From NCBI GenBank assembly GCA_046483445.1, contig JAWODD010000041.1:42303-106302 (forward strand): a stretch of 64,000 nt of DNA. The letters run 5' to 3'. Positions 9,601 through 16,613 of this stretch are shown here, one piece after another. This stretch comes from Bacillota bacterium. GTDB taxonomy: Bacteria > Bacillota > Dethiobacteria > DTU022. Under the pieces are notes generated by a model, which made no database searches, was not told the origin of the DNA, and saw only the letters and a list, made by a program, of their open reading frames with translations. The stretch's first letter is position 1. Each line of letters starts with the position of its first letter. The position numbers and the translations under genes were made by a program.

Positions 9601-10682
9601 TGGCATACGGGGTTGACCGGGACTGTTTTGATGAAGTAATGGTCAGAATCAAATCCAAATATGGTGTGGAAAGGAAATCAAGTTTCAGCGCAGAGCAGAT
9701 GAAGGAACTGGCCCTTGAGTATAAGAAAACTTTAAACGATCACGGTGTATTTATTGTCGAGGATCCTTTCGATCAATTAAAACAGGCAATTAATAATATC
9801 TTTAATTCATGGTCTTCAGAAAGAACTGTGGCTTACCGCAGGCATCTGCAGATTGCCGATGAATGGGGAACAGCGGTTTTAGTGCAAAAAATGGTTATGG
9901 GCAATCGGTCCAAGCGTTCGGGTTCCGGGGTTGTTTTTACCCATAATCCCAAGCTTAAAAAGCCGGGGATTAATTTATATGGCGACTTTACCCTTTGCAG
10001 CCAGGGAGAAGATATCGTAGCCGGCCTGGTTTACCCCCTGCCCATTTCGGAAAGCCAGCGCAGTGATGACTATCCCGAAAGCGAGATTTCACTGGAGTCG
10101 GCCTTTCCCAAAATTTATAACCGCCTGCGGGAAATAGCTACTGATTTAATTGAAAAGTACGGTTTTAACAACCAGGAAATAGAGTTTACTTTTGAATCAG
10201 AAAATCCAGAGGACCTATATATCTTGCAAGCCAGGGAACAAAACATTGTCCAGCAGGAAAAAGTAGCAGTTTTTAGCTTGCCCGATAAAGAAATGAACCC
10301 TGTTGGCCGGGGGATTGGAATAGGCGGTGGAGCCCTGAGCGGGGTAGTCAGCTTCGATATGGAAGATTTGCAGGAAAATAAACAGAAATATCCGGATAGG
10401 GCCCATATTTTGATCCGTCCCGATACTGTGCCGGATGATATTCAAATGATCTTTATGTGTGACGGCCTGGTAACCAGCAGAGGAGGAGTCACCTCCCACG
10501 CCGCTGTGGCGGCTGAAAAGTTGGGTAAAGTATGTATTGTCAATTGCAAGGAACTGGTTGTCGATGAAGTGCAGAAAAAATGTACCATCAATAATTCGCT
10601 TATAAACAAGGGTGATTTTCTTTCGATTGACGGCAAACTGGGAATCATTTATGCAGGCAGTTATCCGGTCCATTACCTTTAA
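6618..10682 (+). CDS. large (1354 aa) PEP-utilizing-enzyme-family protein: novel ~860-aa helical N-terminal region fused to the PPDK-like nucleotide-binding (ATP-grasp) and phospho-histidine swivel domains; no PEP/pyruvate-binding domain
   Basis: GAGGTGA RBS then ATG at 6618. Residues ~865-1354 align by eye with the genuine PpdK in this same window (52531..). Examples: [29 protein letters not shown] vs [53 protein letters not shown] vs [36 protein letters not shown]...[11 protein letters not shown]...GEDIVAGLV; and the swivel motif [24 protein letters not shown] vs LTSRGGMTSHAAVVARGMGKPCV. The protein ends about 45 aa after the catalytic-His motif. Confidence 0.8.
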   Translation: [1354 protein letters not shown]

Positions 10683-10725
10683 TCGGTATAAAAACTGAGA
10701 TAGATTATTAATTGAAGGAGGATTT

Positions 10726-11982
10726 GTGGTGAGCAGCTACCTGCAAAGCAAGAAAACTTTAGGAATCAACGGAGCCGGACGAATTGGCAAGTTAACTCTT
10801 TGGCATCACTTAAACGATGGGCATTTTGATTATTTTATAATCAACACCGGTCGGGGAGCAGGTAAAAAACTGGAAGATATAATTGATTACCTGGTAAAGG
10901 ATTCTACTTTTGGTTCCCTGGATCGCTTTATGTATGGGTATTCCGGAAAAACTTGTACTATAGAAATTACCGAGCGGGAAGCAAACTTATTTACAATAAA
11001 TGGTGTTCCGGTTAAAATTACCACTTATTCTCGGAATCCGCGGGAGATAAACTGGGCCAAAGAAGGAGTGCAGCTTGTAATTGAGTGCACCGGCAGTCAT
11101 GTCGATCCAGCGGCGCCGGCCGATCAGCCGAAGGGCAGTGTGCGAGGGCATCTTGAAGCCGGTGCTGAGAAAGTTATCGTCAGCGCCCCTTTTAAAGTGG
11201 CTGATGAAGCTAAAAAAATGCCTGCAGATAGCTGCATGTTTGTTTACGGGATTAATCATGATAAGTATGATCCTTCCACCCATCATATCTTGTCTGCGGC
11301 CAGCTGTACCACTACCGGGTTGTCGCATATGATAAAACCCCTGCTGGAAACCAGGGAAACGGCGAGTGTTATTACCGCCTCGATGTCTACAGTTCACGCC
11401 GCTACCAATAATCAAAAAATCTTGGATGCAGTGCCTAAAGCAGGGACTTCAGATTTGCGCAAAAATCGCTCTATCTTTAATAATATTATTCTTACCAGTA
11501 CCGGAGCTGCAAAAGCCCTGGAAGAAATTATGCCGGAAATTAAAGATATTGGCTTTATGGCCGACTCGGTAAGGATTCCCACCAATACCTCTTCACTAAT
11601 TATGCTTAATGTAACTTTTAAAACCGATCTCAATGCTTCCGGGGAACCCCTGGTTAACCGGGATCTGATCAATGAAATCTATAAAAAAGCCTCTGCCGGC
11701 GCTCAAAAAGGAATGGTGGTTTACAGCGAGAAGCAAAATGTTTCCACCGATCTGGCCGGCTTTCCAGCGGCAATAGTAATTGAGGGTGTAGAAACCCATT
11801 CCCGCACAGGGTTTATCAGGCTTAATGCTGAAATCATACAGGAACATGGTGTTGAAGCGCCTACCGATATTAATATTCCGGTTACCCATGCAAAAATATT
11901 TGGTTGGTATGACAATGAATTGGGCAGCTATGTTAATCTGCTTGGCAAACTGGCCGTCTATGTGGATAAAAACATGCCCTAA
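10726..11982 (+). CDS. divergent glyceraldehyde-3-phosphate dehydrogenase-family protein (418 aa, with insertions)
   Basis: GGAGG RBS then GTG. N-terminal Rossmann motif LGINGAGRIGKL (compare GINGFGRIGR). Catalytic motif SAASCTTTGLSHMIKPL (compare SNASCTTNCLAP). Also AEKVIVSAPFK (compare GAKKVIISAP). About 80 aa longer than a canonical GapA. Confidence 0.7.
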   Translation: MVSSYLQSKKTLGINGAGRIGKLTLWHHLNDGHFDYFIINTGRGAGKKLEDIIDYLVKDSTFGSLDRFMYGYSGKTCTIEITEREANLFTINGVPVKITTYSRNPREINWAKEGVQLVIECTGSHVDPAAPADQPKGSVRGHLEAGAEKVIVSAPFKVADEAKKMPADSCMFVYGINHDKYDPSTHHILSAASCTTTGLSHMIKPLLETRETASVITASMSTVHAATNNQKILDAVPKAGTSDLRKNRSIFNNIILTSTGAAKALEEIMPEIKDIGFMADSVRIPTNTSSLIMLNVTFKTDLNASGEPLVNRDLINEIYKKASAGAQKGMVVYSEKQNVSTDLAGFPAAIVIEGVETHSRTGFIRLNAEIIQEHGVEAPTDINIPVTHAKIFGWYDNELGSYVNLLGKLAVYVDKNMP

Positions 11983-12003
11983 TTTTAAAAGTGGAGGCAG
12001 AAA

Positions 12004-13134
12004 ATGGTAAATTCGGACGGCAAAGCAGTAGTCGCCCTCGAACAATGTTTGCGCTATCATCCCCAAACAGTGCGTAGTAGTTTAGAACAGCTTTTGGGAC
12101 ATTTCGGCGGAATAAATAGCCTGGTTAAACCCGGCCAAAAAGTTCTCCTTAAGCCGAACCTGCTTGCGGCTGCGCTACCGGTGGAAGCAGTGAGCACCCA
12201 TCCCGTGGTGATGAAAGCCATGGCTGAAATGATCTTAGAAGCAGGCGGCAGGGTCTATCTGGGAGACAGCCCCGGCAATGATTCCCAGGAAAAAGCTTTG
12301 CGAGTATGCGGGATGAAAGAGGTTATTGAAGAAACCGGGGCGGAAACGCTTTTTTTTAATGATACAACCAATGTGGAAGTTAACAATTTTAAAAAAAGAG
12401 ACATTCCGGTTGCCGCGGCCCTGAAGCAGGTTGATCTCATTTTCAACATGGGTAAGTTAAAAACGCATGCTTATACCGGAATGACCGGGGGCATTAAAAA
12501 TGTATTTGGCTGTGTGGTTGGGAGCAGAAAAGCCCGCTTCCATTTGGATTATCCTTTCCCTCTTGATTTTTCCAGGCTTTTAGTCGATGTCTACCTGGCT
12601 GTAAAACCTTCCTTTTCCATCTTGGACGCGGTTATTGCTATGGAAGGAACAGGGCCCAGGCGGGGCAGGCCGCGTCAGCTTGGCTTGCTGATGGCTTCGC
12701 CCAGTGCAGTGGGCTTAGACAGGGTGGCTGCGGCAATTACCGGTTTTTACCTTGAAGAGGTTCCTACTTTGGTAGCGGCTAAAGAATTAAATTTGACCGG
12801 ATCGGAGTTATCTTCAGTCCTGGTTAAAGGACTATCTCTGGAAAGAAGCAAGGTTTTAGATTTTGACAAAGGCCCTGCCGCCGGGGGGAGATTAAGTCGC
12901 CTGTTAGCGATGTTTCCGGTGGCCCGCATTCGGGACTTTTTTGCAGCAAGACGTCCCTATCCCAAAGTGAAACCTGCTCTTTGCAACGGCTGCGGGGTTT
13001 GCCGGGACAATTGTCCGGCCCAGGTAATTGAATTTAAGATGTCTATACCGGATATAGATTACCGGGGGTGTATTCGCTGTTACTGCTGCCAGGAATTTTG
13101 TGCGCAGGGGGCAATTGACCTTACAAATAAATAA
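12004..13134 (+). CDS. DUF362 domain protein with C-terminal 2x[4Fe-4S] ferredoxin-type domain
   Basis: Two CxxCxxCxxxCP-type motifs at the C-terminus (CNGCGVCRDNCP and CIRCYCCQEFC). The N-terminal 300 aa resemble the DUF362 family common in Clostridia. Confidence 0.7.
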   Translation: MVNSDGKAVVALEQCLRYHPQTVRSSLEQLLGHFGGINSLVKPGQKVLLKPNLLAAALPVEAVSTHPVVMKAMAEMILEAGGRVYLGDSPGNDSQEKALRVCGMKEVIEETGAETLFFNDTTNVEVNNFKKRDIPVAAALKQVDLIFNMGKLKTHAYTGMTGGIKNVFGCVVGSRKARFHLDYPFPLDFSRLLVDVYLAVKPSFSILDAVIAMEGTGPRRGRPRQLGLLMASPSAVGLDRVAAAITGFYLEEVPTLVAAKELNLTGSELSSVLVKGLSLERSKVLDFDKGPAAGGRLSRLLAMFPVARIRDFFAARRPYPKVKPALCNGCGVCRDNCPAQVIEFKMSIPDIDYRGCIRCYCCQEFCAQGAIDLTNK

Positions 13135-13275
13135 TTTATCTGCCCTTGCTTGCTTCCGGGAATATTTATAGCTCATTAACCCGGTAATATTCCATTGGTC
13201 TGGTTAAGATTTTATGATATAGTAAATCTAAATTGTTACAATAAGGTTTGCAGAGTTTGCCGGAGGTGTTGATGG

Positions 13276-14871
13276 TTGCAAGTTTTGGTCAGCGATGCAT
13301 TTTCTCCCGAGGGGTTGAAAGTGCTTGAAGAACATACGGAAGTTGTTTACAAGCCTGAAATCAATAAAGATGAATTAATAGGAGAAGTGGGATCTTATGA
13401 TGCCCTGGTAGTTCGCAGCCGGACCAAGGTTAATTCTGAAGTAATTGAAGCAGCTAAAAATTTAAAAGTGATCGGCAGGGCCGGAGTCGGTGTGGACAAT
13501 ATTGATGTGGATAAGGCTACTGAAAGGGGTATTATTGTGGTCAACGCTCCGCACGGCAATACCATCTCTGCCGCAGAGCACGCTATTGCTTTGCTTACTT
13601 CCCTGGCCAGGAACATTGCCCAGGCCGACTATTCCGTTAAGACAGGTCAGTGGAAGCGATCCAACTACACCGGCGTTGAGTTGAACCGCAAAACCCTTGG
13701 TGTAATCGGGGTGGGGCGCATTGGCAGTGAAGTAGCCCGGCGGGCCAGGGCCATGGGGATGAATATTATTGGCTACGACCCTTATATCACCACCGAGCAG
13801 GCTGAAAAAATAGGCATAGAAGTGGCTTCGTTTGAGGAGCTTTTAAAACAGACTGATTTTATTACTTTGCACCTGCCGCTTAACCAATCAACCTATCACC
13901 TGATCAGTGAAAAGGAAATAGAGTTGATGAAGCCGGGAATGCGCATTGTCAATTGTGCCCGGGGAGGACTGATTGATGAGGATGCATTGTGCAAAGCTCT
14001 TCAGGAAGGAAAAATAGAGGGTGCCGCGCTTGATGTTTTCGAACAGGAGCCGCCTGGTAGCTGCAAACTGCTGGAGTTGAACAATGTGATTTTAACGCCT
14101 CATCTTGGCGCGCTAACCCGGGAGGCGCAGTTAAATGTTGCCCGCCAGGTATCGGAGCAGGTGATCAGGGCTTTGCAGGGAGAACCAATCGTTTCAGCCG
14201 TAAATGTACCGGCGTTAATGCCGGAAACCAGGGCAGCCCTGGGGCCATTTTTACCCTTGATGCGAGTAATGGGCAGTTTCTACCTGCAGATGTTTGGCGG
14301 TTCTGTAGATGAAATTGAGATCACTTATAGCGGTGAAGTAGCCAAGATGCCGCTATCTCCATTAACTATTTCCTGTTTAATTGGATTTTTACAACATGTA
14401 GTCGGAGAAGAAGTTAACTGGGTTAATGCTTCCTATATCGCGAAAAACAGGGGTATTGAAGTCAGGGAAACTTCTACTACTGAAGTGAAAAATTACAGTA
14501 ATTTAATTACCCTAAAAGCCAAGTCGGGATTTGAAGAGCATCATATTTCAGGAACCCTGCTTAACAACGATATGCGCCTGGTCAGGGTTGATGATTACCG
14601 GATTGAGATTATTCCGGCCAGCTATATGTTAGTGACCACCCACCATGATCAACCCGGCGTAGTAGGTAAAATAGGGACGTTATTAGGCAATGAACATGTT
14701 AATATTGCCTCCATGCAGCTTGGAAGGCAAAGTGCCGGTGGAGAAGCAATGATGGTTTTACAGGTTGACGATGAAATGAGCAAGGATTCATTGAATAAAG
14801 TAAGAGAGCTTGATGTAATATCATCGGCCCGATTTGTAAGCTTGCCAGGAAATATTTTTTCTGAAGCATAA
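13276..14871 (+). CDS. serA: D-3-phosphoglycerate dehydrogenase (long form with C-terminal ACT domain)
   Basis: TTG start with a GGAGGTG RBS. MQVLVSDAFSPEGLKVLEE...GVIGVGRIGSEVARRA (NAD-binding GxGxxG)...catalytic HLGALT...; 531 aa, consistent with an ACT tail. Confidence 0.9.
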   Translation: MQVLVSDAFSPEGLKVLEEHTEVVYKPEINKDELIGEVGSYDALVVRSRTKVNSEVIEAAKNLKVIGRAGVGVDNIDVDKATERGIIVVNAPHGNTISAAEHAIALLTSLARNIAQADYSVKTGQWKRSNYTGVELNRKTLGVIGVGRIGSEVARRARAMGMNIIGYDPYITTEQAEKIGIEVASFEELLKQTDFITLHLPLNQSTYHLISEKEIELMKPGMRIVNCARGGLIDEDALCKALQEGKIEGAALDVFEQEPPGSCKLLELNNVILTPHLGALTREAQLNVARQVSEQVIRALQGEPIVSAVNVPALMPETRAALGPFLPLMRVMGSFYLQMFGGSVDEIEITYSGEVAKMPLSPLTISCLIGFLQHVVGEEVNWVNASYIAKNRGIEVRETSTTEVKNYSNLITLKAKSGFEEHHISGTLLNNDMRLVRVDDYRIEIIPASYMLVTTHHDQPGVVGKIGTLLGNEHVNIASMQLGRQSAGGEAMMVLQVDDEMSKDSLNKVRELDVISSARFVSLPGNIFSEA

Positions 14872-14896
14872 TCATTAAAAGAGATGAGGTGTAAAT

Positions 14897-15145
14897 ATGG
14901 TCAAGGTTTATGCATTAAGCACCTGTCCCTGGTGCAAAAAAGTTAAGAAATTGCTCGATGATCGCGGAATTAACTATGATGTAATCGATGTTGATTTAGC
15001 CCAGGGAGAAGAACAGAAAAAAGCTTTAAAAGAAGTAGAAGACTTAACCGGTAAAAGGTCTTTTCCGGTAACGGTAATTAATAACCAGGTGATCCAGGGT
15101 TTCAAACAGGAAGAAATTGCAGGGGCGCTCGATAGTGAAAAATAA
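14897..15145 (+). CDS. glutaredoxin-like protein (YruB/NrdH-like, CPWC active site)
   Basis: MVKVYALSTCPWCKKVKKLLDDRGINYDVIDVD shows a thioredoxin-fold CxxC motif. 82 aa. Starts 25 nt after the serA stop. Confidence 0.8.
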   Translation: MVKVYALSTCPWCKKVKKLLDDRGINYDVIDVDLAQGEEQKKALKEVEDLTGKRSFPVTVINNQVIQGFKQEEIAGALDSEK

Positions 15146-15509
15146 AATATACTGCGAGGTGTGCCAGAGTTCTTTCGTTTATAAGGGTGTAATTAGTCCC
15201 GGACAGGTAATTGTATGTACAATTTGCGGCGCCGAACTGGAGATTAAAGAAAGTGATCCGGAGATAAAAGCGGCGCGCCTGGAACAGGATCCGGAAACTG
15301 AAATTTCTCGGAGGGCTGAAAATTTTGCCCGGTTGCGCGGCTACACCTTCAATGAAGACAAAGAGCTTGTGCTGGAAGGCCTGGTGGAAAAACACAGATT
15401 GTTTGGTGATTTTTACTGTCCCTGCCGATTTGCGCATGTTCCGGAATACGTTTGTCCCTGCCTGGAAACCCGGATGAATGAGGTGCGCAAAACAGGGAAA
15501 TGTTATTGA
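15135..15509 (+). CDS. ferredoxin-thioredoxin reductase catalytic-subunit-like protein with N-terminal rubredoxin-like zinc ribbon (start may be the ATG at 15117)
   Basis: N-terminus CEVCQ...CTICG is a rubredoxin-like CxxC...CxxC. C-terminus ...FGDFYCPCRFAHVPEYVCPCLETRMNEVRKTGKC carries the CPC...CPC motifs of the FTR catalytic chain. Overlaps the end of the glutaredoxin-like gene. Confidence 0.65.
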   Translation: MKNKIYCEVCQSSFVYKGVISPGQVIVCTICGAELEIKESDPEIKAARLEQDPETEISRRAENFARLRGYTFNEDKELVLEGLVEKHRLFGDFYCPCRFAHVPEYVCPCLETRMNEVRKTGKCY

Positions 15510-15569
15510 AACCTTTTTCATCTAAAGGAGTGAGTTCACTCCTAAAATAGGCAGGAGAAAGACTAAAAT

Positions 15570-16508
15570 ATGAAGATAGATTTCGTGCGCGGTCATATGG
15601 GGGGCAACTTAATTGTCCTCGTTAAAGGAGAGCAAATACCCGGAGGCAGGGAACTGGAAACCGGGGTTAAACTGCTTAAACCTCACTACCTTTGCGCCCA
15701 TGAAATAGGGATTCTTTATCCGGCAGGCAGAGCTTCCGAACTGACAGTAAAAATAGCTGAACCGACTTCGGAGTGTTTTATCAGCGCCTGCGGCGGGTTC
15801 ACCCAGGTGCTCGGAGCAGCCCTGATTGAGACCGCGCTTGGCGATGATTTAGGGGTGGAGAAAAAAGAACCTTTAACAAAGGTGCTGTTGCACACCGAAG
15901 GTGGACAAGTGCCCCTGGAGATTGAAACCAAAGGCAATAAATCCCTGCGCATTAAAACCGATATGACCAGTTTTGTCCAGGAAAGTTATGAAAAGGGTAT
16001 CGGTAAGTTGAAGCATGAAAATTTGGAAGTTATGCAGGCTGGTAAATTTTTAGTGATCAATGCTGATCGTTTTAAGGAAGCTTACCCGTGGGCTGATTTT
16101 GAAAAATGGGATCAAAAAACCAGGCAAAAAGTCAATGATATCCAGGATCAGTTTATTGCTGAAACCGGTGAAGATGAGTATAATGTGGTTCTTTACGACT
16201 GGCATCCTGAATACGGGATGGATTTAAGGGTGGTTTATCCGCACTGTGTGAAAGCCGATTATTTTGAACCCTCCTGCGGCACAGGCACTGTAGCCTTAGG
16301 CCTTGCAGTCCTGGCCTGGGATGAATTGCCTGAAGAAACAAAAGAACGGGATACTGTAACTCTAAAATTTGAATGTGGCGGAAATATTGAACTGGGCGGC
16401 CCGGAGATTACGGAACTGGAAATGAAAGTTGAAAACGGGCGGGTTAAGGAAGCGGCCTTATCACACAGCAAGGTCGAAATTACAGCGGTTGGAGAAGCCT
16501 GGTTATAG
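15570..16508 (+). CDS. proline-racemase / DapF-fold two-cysteine isomerase family protein, specificity unknown
   Basis: C-terminal motif EPSCGTGTVALGLAV matches the proline-racemase family second catalytic Cys motif (SPCGTGTSAKLA). N-terminal KIDFVRGHMGGNLIV roughly matches IDSHTGGEPTRIV. The first-Cys region SACGGFTQVLGAA fits as well. 312 aa. Confidence 0.6.
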   Translation: MKIDFVRGHMGGNLIVLVKGEQIPGGRELETGVKLLKPHYLCAHEIGILYPAGRASELTVKIAEPTSECFISACGGFTQVLGAALIETALGDDLGVEKKEPLTKVLLHTEGGQVPLEIETKGNKSLRIKTDMTSFVQESYEKGIGKLKHENLEVMQAGKFLVINADRFKEAYPWADFEKWDQKTRQKVNDIQDQFIAETGEDEYNVVLYDWHPEYGMDLRVVYPHCVKADYFEPSCGTGTVALGLAVLAWDELPEETKERDTVTLKFECGGNIELGGPEITELEMKVENGRVKEAALSHSKVEITAVGEAWL

Positions 16509-16613
16509 GGTTCCCGGAAAGGGTCAGTTTAGCTATATTAAGCCAGGCAATTTTAATATCTCCAACTGCAACAAACTCCGCAGAGTGCACCGGTAGAGCC
16601 GGTTTTAATGCTG

